From a virus (lineage: Duplodnaviria; Caudoviricetes): a DNA stretch of 41,827 nucleotides. The stretch is taken from the IMG/VR virus record IMGVR_UViG_3300043633_000023, positions 1 to 41,827 of that record. The stretch is one strand, 5' to 3'. The notes below the pieces were generated by a model. It saw only the letters and a program-made list of their open reading frames with translations. It had not been told where the DNA came from and ran no database searches. This document shows, piece by piece, positions 1 to 7,428 of this stretch. The first letter of the stretch is position 1, and the number at the start of each line of letters is the position of its first letter. Both the position numbers and the translations under genes were made by a program.

Positions 1-702
1 GTCACCGATCCGCCATACGGGGTGGATTATCAGGCCGGGTGGCGCAACGAGCGGATGCCATACAAGAACGATCCGAACCGATGGAAGGACGGCACGGGCC
101 GCGCTATTGGCGAGGTCACCAACGACGACAACGCCGACTGGCGTGCAGCTTGGGCGCTGTTCCCCGGCGACGTGGCGTATGTGTGGGGCGCCTCGCTTAC
201 CAGCCCCGTCGCTGCTTTAAGCCTGGAAGCTAGCGACTTCGCGCTGCGCTGCCAGATCGTGTGGCACAAGAACAGCTTCACGATTGGGCGCGGCGACTAT
301 CACTGGCAGCACGAGGTTTGTTGGTATGCCGTGCGCCAAGGCAAAACCGGGCACTGGAACGGCGATCGGACCCAGGCTTCGGTGTGGGACATCAACCGCC
401 CCGCCAAATCCGAAACCGGCCACAGCACCCAGAAGCCCGTCGAGTGCATGCGACGACCGATCGAAAACAACTCCAGCCCCGGCCAGGCCGTCTACGACCC
501 GTTCGTCGGATCAGGCACCACCATCATCGCTGCCGAAATGACCGGACGCGCATGCCACGCTATCGAGATCAGCCCGCAATACTGCGACGTGGCCGTCACC
601 CGCTGGCAGAACTTCACCGGACAGACCGCAACGAGGCCCGATGACACTCCATTCCCGCAGCAAGGCCGGACTGTACCGCAAGACACACAAGCCGTCGCCT
701 GA
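1..702 (+). CDS. DNA adenine/N4-cytosine methyltransferase, C-terminal part (continues from the ParB-N part at 41305..41827)
   Basis: Frame 1 opens with VTDPPYG (catalytic motif IV). It later has HSTQKPVE and VYDPFVGSGTT (SAM-binding motif I), the beta-class order. Confidence 0.92.
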   Translation, partial: VTDPPYGVDYQAGWRNERMPYKNDPNRWKDGTGRAIGEVTNDDNADWRAAWALFPGDVAYVWGASLTSPVAALSLEASDFALRCQIVWHKNSFTIGRGDYHWQHEVCWYAVRQGKTGHWNGDRTQASVWDINRPAKSETGHSTQKPVECMRRPIENNSSPGQAVYDPFVGSGTTIIAAEMTGRACHAIEISPQYCDVAVTRWQNFTGQTATRPDDTPFPQQGRTVPQDTQAVA

Positions 703-1054
703 AACCGCCAAGCAAGTCCTCACCATGACCGGCTACGGCATCAGGCAGGAGGATATCGCCACCGTGCTCGATATCCACCCCAAGACGCTGCGCGTCCACT
801 ACCGCCGCGAACTCGATACCGGCGCCACCGAGGCCAACGTCCGCGTCGTCCAGGCGCTGTTCAAGAACGCGGTAACCAACCAGAGCGTGCAGGCGCAGGT
901 CTGGTGGACCAAGGCCCGCATGGGCTGGCGCGAGGCCCAGGAGGTCGCGCTTACCGGCAACACCCCGATCATGGTCATCACTGGCGTTACCCGCGAACTC
1001 CCTGCGCCAAAGTTCAACTCCATCAAGGATGCCGACTGGGAAGATGCCTCCTAA
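641..1054 (+). CDS. terS: Terminase small subunit (HTH)
   Basis: HTH-like QEDIATVLDIHPKTLRVHYRREL and WTKARMGWRE; overlaps the start of terL. Confidence 0.7.
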   Translation: MTLHSRSKAGLYRKTHKPSPETAKQVLTMTGYGIRQEDIATVLDIHPKTLRVHYRRELDTGATEANVRVVQALFKNAVTNQSVQAQVWWTKARMGWREAQEVALTGNTPIMVITGVTRELPAPKFNSIKDADWEDAS

Positions 1055-2351
1055 AACCATCACCCTCGGCTATACCGCCCGCCCGCATTTCGAGGCGTTC
1101 CACGCCCGCAAGCAACGCTGGTCATGCCTCGTCGTCCATCGCCGCGGCGGCAAGACCGTCGCCTGCATCATGGACCTCATCGACGCCGCCCTGCGCTGCA
1201 AGCGAGAAGCGGCACGCTTTGCATACCTCGCGCCGACCTATGCACAGTCCAAGGACACCGCCTGGGAATACCTCAAACGCTTCACCGCATCGATCCCCGG
1301 CATCGAGCAGCGCGAGAGCGACCTCATGGTCCGCTTTCCCAATGGCGCCCGCATCCGGCTCTACGGCGCGGAGAACTACGACCGCCTGCGCGGCACCTAC
1401 GCCGACGGCATCGTGCTGGACGAATACGGCGATATCGATCCTCGCGCCTGGCCCGAGGTGCTGCGTCCGTCGCTCGCCGACCGCAACGGCTGGGCCGTGT
1501 TCATCGGCACCCCGAAAGGCCGCAACGATTTCTGGCGCGTGCATAAAGAGGCGCAAGACAACCCCGAGTGGTTCTCGTTCGTGCTGCGGGCGTCCGGCAG
1601 CGGGCTGCTGCCGCAATCCGAGCTGGACGACATGCGGCGCATGCTCACGAATGATCAGTATCAGCAGGAGCTGGAGTGCTCGTTTGAGGCCGCCATCCGC
1701 GGCGCGATCTACCGCGATGAACTCGCCGAAATGGCTGCCTCCGACCGCATCTGCGGCGTGCCGTTCGACCCGGCCGTGCCGGTCTGGACTGCCTGGGATC
1801 TCGGGATCGGCGACGCCACCGCGATCATCTGCGCGCAGTTGGTGGGACGCGAGATACATGTGATCGACTACTACGAAGCCACCGGCGAGCCGCTGACGCA
1901 TTACGTCGCATGGCTGGAGTCTAAACCCTACCGATACGGCGTGGACCTGCTGCCGCACGACGCTGGGGCGCGCGAGCTTGGCACCGGCAAAACCCGCGAG
2001 GAGCTGCTACGCCAGAACGGACGCAAGGTGCGCGTGCTGCCGCGCCAGGACATCGACGACGGCATCAACGCCGTGAAGCTGCTGCTGCCGCGATGCTGGA
2101 TGGACCGCGCCAAGACCGAGCGGCTGCGCGAGTGCCTGGCGCACTACCATCGCGACTTCAACGACCGCATGGGCGTCTTCAAGCCCGCCCCGGTCCATGA
2201 CTGGGCGAGCCACGCGAGCGACGCGGCGCGGACGCTGGCCATGGGGCTGCGCGAGGCAACGCCGAAGACTGTGGACATCATCAGCGGCCAGTTGCCGACC
2301 CGGAAATACCTCGAGCTGCGCGGGCTGGAATCATCGTGGATGGGGATATAG
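1044..2351 (+). CDS. terL: Terminase large subunit
   Basis: Walker A HRRGGKT, Walker B IVLDE, IGTPKG, nuclease motifs WDLGIGD and HDWASHASDA. Confidence 0.95.
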   Translation: MPPKTITLGYTARPHFEAFHARKQRWSCLVVHRRGGKTVACIMDLIDAALRCKREAARFAYLAPTYAQSKDTAWEYLKRFTASIPGIEQRESDLMVRFPNGARIRLYGAENYDRLRGTYADGIVLDEYGDIDPRAWPEVLRPSLADRNGWAVFIGTPKGRNDFWRVHKEAQDNPEWFSFVLRASGSGLLPQSELDDMRRMLTNDQYQQELECSFEAAIRGAIYRDELAEMAASDRICGVPFDPAVPVWTAWDLGIGDATAIICAQLVGREIHVIDYYEATGEPLTHYVAWLESKPYRYGVDLLPHDAGARELGTGKTREELLRQNGRKVRVLPRQDIDDGINAVKLLLPRCWMDRAKTERLRECLAHYHRDFNDRMGVFKPAPVHDWASHASDAARTLAMGLREATPKTVDIISGQLPTRKYLELRGLESSWMGI

Positions 2352-2354
2352 GTC

Positions 2355-2747
2355 ATGGCGGCTGATCCTGACGACCTGCGGGATATGCTGATGATGCTCA
2401 CTGCGGATTGGCTGAATGGCGACCGGACGCATGCGGGCAAGATTGCCGATATTTATGCGCACATCCTTGCCAGCCTGGGTCCGCCGACGAACAAGGCGGT
2501 ACCGTATGTGTGGCAGCCGGATGCGGACCATCTGAATTGCACGATGGGCGAGTGGGATGGCGAGCCGAACGCATATGATTACGAGTGGCGGCAGGATGGT
2601 GTGGCGAACGGGGCGAGCGGTGCGGACTATACCGTGGTGGAAGCGGACGCCGGGCATACGCTGGCGTGCGTGGTCACGGCGAGCAACGCGCTGGGGTCCA
2701 CGGTGGCGCCAATGTCCAACGGCGTGGCGATACCGCCTGCGCCATGA
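2355..2747 (+). CDS. Hypothetical protein with C-terminal Ig-like domain
   Basis: Pattern YDYEW...YTVVEADAGHTLACVVTASNALGS is typical of Ig-like virion domains; translationally coupled to neighbours. Confidence 0.55.
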   Translation: MAADPDDLRDMLMMLTADWLNGDRTHAGKIADIYAHILASLGPPTNKAVPYVWQPDADHLNCTMGEWDGEPNAYDYEWRQDGVANGASGADYTVVEADAGHTLACVVTASNALGSTVAPMSNGVAIPPAP

Positions 2748-3205
2748 GTGCCGTGCAGCCATATTTGCTGCTTTCCGGGTGGGTGATTGCCAAGGATGGC
2801 GACGACACGGCGCGTGCAATCTTCCATCGGCACTACAGCTACCGGCCGTATCGCGATGGGCGGCGCCCGCTGCTGTTCACCGGCCCCGGCGAGAAGCTGG
2901 TGCTGGTGCGCGGCGATGCGCGGGCGTTGTTCGTCTGGCGGCGGTTTATCAGTGGCGATGGGCAGCGGGGTGTGAACTGCGCGGTGTTCAGGAACGAGGG
3001 CACGGAACTGTCGTCCAGGCTGATTCGCGAGGCCGATGCGCTGGCCGATGCCAGGTGGCCAAATCAACGCCATTACACCTACGTGGCTCCAAAGCGCATT
3101 CGCAGCAGCAATCCTGGCTATTGCTTCAAGGCGGCGGGCTGGAAAGCCTGCGGCGTGACCAAGTGGAACAAACTGGTGGTGCTGGAACGGGAAGCCGCGC
3201 CATGA
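2744..3205 (+). CDS. Mom/XF1762-like GNAT-fold putative DNA modification protein
   Basis: RHYS near the N-terminus and HYTYV...NPGYCFKAAGW near the C-terminus resemble Mom-like families; ATGA overlaps on both sides. Confidence 0.5.
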   Translation: MSAVQPYLLLSGWVIAKDGDDTARAIFHRHYSYRPYRDGRRPLLFTGPGEKLVLVRGDARALFVWRRFISGDGQRGVNCAVFRNEGTELSSRLIREADALADARWPNQRHYTYVAPKRIRSSNPGYCFKAAGWKACGVTKWNKLVVLEREAAP

Positions 3206-3534
3206 GCCAGAACACAGGCCCACAACCCTGGACATTGCTTGGCGGGGATCTGGTCCAGCAAAGGCTTGACGATATCGAGCGGCGTCTTGGGATGCTGGAG
3301 CACGCGCGGCCCATAAACACGAGCATGCAATCGCCTTGGCCGCCGCAACAAGGTGTCAGCAGATTAAACGACCCATGGCAGAACACGGTGCGCGCGATCT
3401 ACGACAGCCTGCATTTCGGGCCGGGCAACGTGTTCACCGACAAAACCAACGAGCTGGGGCAGTCCATCGTCGCCCTCATCGAAGAACGCCACCCTGGGTT
3501 CTTTAATGCGCCATCAAGGAAGGGGGCACCATGA
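3202..3534 (+). CDS. Hypothetical protein
   Basis: ATG overlaps the upstream stop (ATGA); 110 aa. Confidence 0.55.
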   Translation: MSQNTGPQPWTLLGGDLVQQRLDDIERRLGMLEHARPINTSMQSPWPPQQGVSRLNDPWQNTVRAIYDSLHFGPGNVFTDKTNELGQSIVALIEERHPGFFNAPSRKGAP

Positions 3535-3659
3535 GGTCGCCCGCGAAGCCCTCCGCGAAGCTGCCCCCGGCCCCGTTGCGGAACCGCAAGGCGCCGCCGC
3601 CGTTACCGTCTCGCGGGCGGACTAAGGCGTCCGCGCAATCCCACAAAGGAGGAACGGCT

Positions 3660-3968
3660 ATGGCGACGTTACCAACGCATGAGGAGAAGGGCGCGCATGA
3701 GGCGGCAGCGAAGGCCGCGGACACGCACGCCGACAAGGGTGTGCCCAAGCCGGGGCCTGGGCTCGTGGCCCCACGTCCTGACTACCTGCTGGCGATGCTG
3801 GCCACGGACTACATCATCGGCGACAAGCATCACTACGCGCTGATCCGGGCGGCGGCGCTGCGGCTGCTGGAGAATCTCGGCGAGGACGGCAAGGAGGCCA
3901 AGGCCCGCATCGAGGGCATGAGCGGAGCCGATCGGCCAGTCCTGGCGCCGAGCGCGAAAGCCGCATAG
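3660..3968 (+). CDS. Hypothetical protein sharing a helical motif with 2355..2747
   Basis: AGGAGGA RBS before ATG 3660; alternative start at 3531. Confidence 0.6.
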   Translation: MATLPTHEEKGAHEAAAKAADTHADKGVPKPGPGLVAPRPDYLLAMLATDYIIGDKHHYALIRAAALRLLENLGEDGKEAKARIEGMSGADRPVLAPSAKAA

Positions 3969-4009
3969 GGCTGATTGATATCGGGCGAGCCGGGTGCTAG
4001 ATTGTTGCT

Positions 4010-4792
4010 ATGTCATCATCCGGCTCGTTCCAGGCTTACAAGGTAACCAACCAACTTAATGGCCGGGTCTATATTGGCATCACCCGACAGAAGCTCCGCT
4101 CACGATGGATGGCCCATGTAAGTTGGGCGAAGTGTGGACGAAAGGGTGTTCTGGCGGATGCAATCCGCGAGCATGGTGAAGCGGCGTTTGTTATGGAGCA
4201 TCTGGCGTCTGCTAGGACATGGGACGATCTGTGTGCCGTTGAACTGGCGCTGATCTGTCAGGAACGCACGACCATCTGGGATGGCGGCTACAATGTGACG
4301 CAAGGCGGCGAGGGTATGAACGGCTATGTGGCGACCGAAAGTCATCGGCGAGCCATAAGCGCCAAGCTCAAGGGAGTGCCTAAAAGCGCGGAGCAACGTG
4401 CCAAGTTGGCATTGGCTCGGACTGGAACGACCGCCAGTCCAGATACAAAGGCGAAGATGTCTGCCGCGCACAAGGGTAAGTCTCAGTCTCCAGAATGGGT
4501 GCAGCGTCGGATGTCGGCCACCGCCGGGCGAAAATGTTCGGCAGAAACGCGGGCTAAGATATCGCTGGCAAGGAGCATTCAAAAGGCATCTGCCGAGACA
4601 AAGGCGGAAATGTCGGCATCGAGGAAAGGCCGCAAGCTCAACCTGTCACCGGAACAGCGTGCAGCGTATTCCGCAGCCAAAACAGGATTGCGGCACTCAG
4701 CCGAAACGCGCGCGAAAATATCGGCTGCGCGTAGAGCGCGTGAGGCAGCAAAGCGCACACAAGAGAGCAGCCAGGAAAGGTTGCAATTATGA
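4010..4792 (+). CDS. Free-standing GIY-YIG homing endonuclease with NUMOD3 repeats
   Basis: AYKVTNQLNGRVYIGIT, RWMAH, GYNVTQGGEG, then repeated SAETRAKISxxxxG units. Confidence 0.9.
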   Translation: MSSSGSFQAYKVTNQLNGRVYIGITRQKLRSRWMAHVSWAKCGRKGVLADAIREHGEAAFVMEHLASARTWDDLCAVELALICQERTTIWDGGYNVTQGGEGMNGYVATESHRRAISAKLKGVPKSAEQRAKLALARTGTTASPDTKAKMSAAHKGKSQSPEWVQRRMSATAGRKCSAETRAKISLARSIQKASAETKAEMSASRKGRKLNLSPEQRAAYSAAKTGLRHSAETRAKISAARRAREAAKRTQESSQERLQL

Positions 4793-4986
4793 TCGGAATT
4801 TTGGTCTACATTTTAGTGCTGTGCCTCGTATTCGGCGTGATTTATTACGTGATCACGTTGATTCCGTTGCCGCCGCCCTTCGCGTTGATTGTTCAGGTCG
4901 TGTTGGCGCTGATTCTGGTGCTGGTCCTTCTGGACCTGTTGCTCGGCGGGAAGTTCATTGGATTGGCACCGCTGCGAATACCGTAA
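4789..4986 (+). CDS. Small two-TM membrane protein (holin candidate)
   Basis: Two hydrophobic helices separated by IPLPPPF. Confidence 0.65.
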   Translation: MIGILVYILVLCLVFGVIYYVITLIPLPPPFALIVQVVLALILVLVLLDLLLGGKFIGLAPLRIP

Positions 4987-5005
4987 CAACCCTGGGGAGG
5001 GGGAC

Positions 5006-5353
5006 ATGCCGTTCGATCTACTGCCGGAACGCGAGGCCGAGGACATCGTCCGCCTGCGGGTGGCGCGCGACGGGGTCGGCGCCGGCTGGAACACCGGCAA
5101 TCTGGGGCTGGAGGAGGACCAGAGCCACTGCGCGATCGGCTGGCTGCTGGTGGCGACGGACTGGGATGAGGCTGCGGCCACACAGTTGGCGCTGGATTAC
5201 GTCTGGCCCGCGCTGCCGCCCGCCGCACAGGCCAAATACCAGGGCAAGATCGAGGCGATCTACAAATACAACGACAACGGCGACAGGAAGAGCGTGCTGC
5301 GGCTCTTCAACGAGGCGATCCGCCTGGCCGAAAAGGCCAATGAGCCTCGATGA
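5006..5353 (+). CDS. Hypothetical protein (DUF6197-like)
   Basis: GGGGAGG RBS; motifs GW, HCAIG, YND and VLRLFNEAI. Confidence 0.55.
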   Translation: MPFDLLPEREAEDIVRLRVARDGVGAGWNTGNLGLEEDQSHCAIGWLLVATDWDEAAATQLALDYVWPALPPAAQAKYQGKIEAIYKYNDNGDRKSVLRLFNEAIRLAEKANEPR

Positions 5354-6305
5354 GCAGTCGTCCGCCCCGTGGGACTACGAACGCCAGCTCATTGACCGCA
5401 TAGCCATCCGCGAGGCCGCGGCGACACTCACGCCCAGGCTGCGGCGCGTCATGGCGCAATACTACCATCGCGGCGAGACGCTGGAGGAGATCGGCTACCG
5501 CGAGGGGTGCGGCAAGGAACGCATCCGGCAGATACTGGAGAAGGCGGAACGCAAGCTACGCGAGGCGGTGGCCGGGCCGAATATCACCACAGTGCCGCCG
5601 CTACAGACCACGGCACAGACATTCCCGCCAGGCTTCGACAAGGCCGCGTTCCTCGCTCACATGCGCGGGCTGCGGGACTGGGAGGCCAACCGCAAGGCGC
5701 GCGAGTTCGAGGTTGAACGCCGCCGCCTGGCCGAGATGCTGGAGGAGGAGCGCAGAAGCCGGGGCATGGCGGCGAAGCTGGCCGAGACCCACGCGGAACT
5801 CCTCAAGGCCAAGGGAACATCACTGCCGCCCGGCACCAGCCTCAAGATCAAGCTCCCGGTGCAATACACGGTCCATCCCGGCACCATTCCACCGCCCCCG
5901 AGCCACGCCCCGACGAAATACCACTACCACGACGGCGCCACGGCATATCCTGGCCAGACGTACCACCACCCGCCGCCGCTGACGCACGAGGAGATGGTCA
6001 CCAAAGCGGACTGGGCGCTCCGGTTGTTCCTGCTATCCAGGCGACCGACCACCGCCGGCGTCCCGTGGCTCGGGAAGATGGCAACCCGAGTGCAATACCC
6101 GCGCGATGGCGGCCAGATCGGCGAGGCCGTGGCGCAACTGGCCCGCGATATCCCGCAGAACGCCCTGCTATCCGCGCATCCGTTCGAGCTGCCCGAGGGC
6201 GTCAAGGGCGCGATCGCCACCAATAGCTGGGCCAGCCTGCGGGTGTTGGCCAGCAAGGACGACCTGCTGCTGTTCGTCGATGCCACCTGGGACGAAGGGC
6301 CATGA
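5340..6305 (+). CDS. Sigma70 region-4 HTH fused to a degenerate coat-protein-like C-terminal region
   Basis: LTPRLRRVMAQYY..ETLEEIG...KERIRQILEKAERKLR is a sigma4 HTH signature. Four segments of the C-terminal half match the coat protein of this genome. Confidence 0.75.
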   Translation: MSLDEQSSAPWDYERQLIDRIAIREAAATLTPRLRRVMAQYYHRGETLEEIGYREGCGKERIRQILEKAERKLREAVAGPNITTVPPLQTTAQTFPPGFDKAAFLAHMRGLRDWEANRKAREFEVERRRLAEMLEEERRSRGMAAKLAETHAELLKAKGTSLPPGTSLKIKLPVQYTVHPGTIPPPPSHAPTKYHYHDGATAYPGQTYHHPPPLTHEEMVTKADWALRLFLLSRRPTTAGVPWLGKMATRVQYPRDGGQIGEAVAQLARDIPQNALLSAHPFELPEGVKGAIATNSWASLRVLASKDDLLLFVDATWDEGP

Positions 6306-6311
6306 CATGCG

Positions 6312-6689
6312 ATGGAGCAGCCGCCGCCAGAGCATAGACCGCGCAACTGGCTGACGCTCTCGGTGCTCGGCACCGCCGCCGGCATCGGCGTCTACGTCTT
6401 CACCATTGGCAGCCAGATCGGCGCCATGCGCCACCAGCTCGATAACAACGATATACGCATTACGGCACTGGAAACGCACGGCAGCGGGCCAGTTCAGACC
6501 GCCGCCGCCAAGGTGGACGCCGTCATCGCCCGCGCCGACCGCATCCTCACCGAACTGCTCGCCATGCAGCAGCGAATTGCGGACATCCAGGCCACCCAGC
6601 AGGCGCAAGCCGGGGCCATCGCCCGCCTGCAGCAGGACATGACCACGCGCCGGCAACTGCCGGACCCACCAACCAACGGGGAACGATAA
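6312..6689 (+). CDS. Single-TM coiled-coil protein (holin- or spanin-like candidate)
   Basis: TM segment WLTLSVLGTAAGIGVYVFTIG followed by a Q-rich heptad region. Confidence 0.55.
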   Translation: MEQPPPEHRPRNWLTLSVLGTAAGIGVYVFTIGSQIGAMRHQLDNNDIRITALETHGSGPVQTAAAKVDAVIARADRILTELLAMQQRIADIQATQQAQAGAIARLQQDMTTRRQLPDPPTNGER

Positions 6690-7426
6690 TGCGCCATTAC
6701 CTCGGCATTGGCATGATCGCGTCGGCCGCATTCAGCGCCGCCATCGCGCTCTCGCCCCATCCCGCCCACGCCGCGCTGCAACTCGCCGCACAGTTCGGCG
6801 CCACCACGTTCCTCTGCGTCGATAACGCAGCGTGCGACACCAACCTGTCCACCGGCACCATCCAGATCGCCGACCAGACCATCGGCGGCGTAACCGTCAA
6901 TGGCTCCATCCAGGGATCGGTAGGTACGCTGGCCAATCCGAACCCGCTGGACATCCTGAACACGTCATCTCTGAGCGCGATCAACACGCTAGGCGTGGCC
7001 GTGGGATATACCGTGACCGTCTCGGACACTAGTTTTGCCGCCCCAGTCGGGCAATTCAGTACATCCGGCGCGGGCACCTTCGAGAACGCGGTCGGCTCCA
7101 CCGCCCTGATGCGCTGGTGGGCCGATAGCGCCAACGCTCAAGGCGCCGACGCGATCAACGACACGCCGGGGACGTTGCTCGACAGCTTCTCCACCACGGC
7201 CACGCTCATCGCCGACGCCTACAGCCACAGCGGCAGCGGCGCGTTCGTCGCCACATCCCCGTTCTCGATGACCGAGCAGATCACCGGCACCATCGCCGCC
7301 AACGGCACGCTGCTCAACCGTGGGCAGACTGAGATCCTGTCGCCGGTGCCGGAGCCGGCAAGCATGGCGCTGCTGGGCATGGGGCTGCTGGGCATGGCCA
7401 TGTTCGGCAGGAGGTCACGGCGCTAG
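6689..7426 (+). CDS. PEP-CTERM sorting-domain exported protein
   Basis: Signal peptide ending AHA/A; S/T/G/N-rich body; C-terminus VPEPASMALLGMGLLGMAMFGRRSRR. Confidence 0.92.
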   Translation: MRHYLGIGMIASAAFSAAIALSPHPAHAALQLAAQFGATTFLCVDNAACDTNLSTGTIQIADQTIGGVTVNGSIQGSVGTLANPNPLDILNTSSLSAINTLGVAVGYTVTVSDTSFAAPVGQFSTSGAGTFENAVGSTALMRWWADSANAQGADAINDTPGTLLDSFSTTATLIADAYSHSGSGAFVATSPFSMTEQITGTIAANGTLLNRGQTEILSPVPEPASMALLGMGLLGMAMFGRRSRR

Positions 7427-7428
7427 CC

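Noticed and set aside
3969-4792. GIY-YIG genes (also 21838 and 36484) as intron-encoded ORFs
   Set aside because: No P/Q/R/S core in the flanks, and the neighbouring genes are intact and closely coupled.
4398-5339. 635-aa ORF 4398..6305 as one protein
   Set aside because: The 5' part overlaps three better-supported genes; the likely start is 5340.
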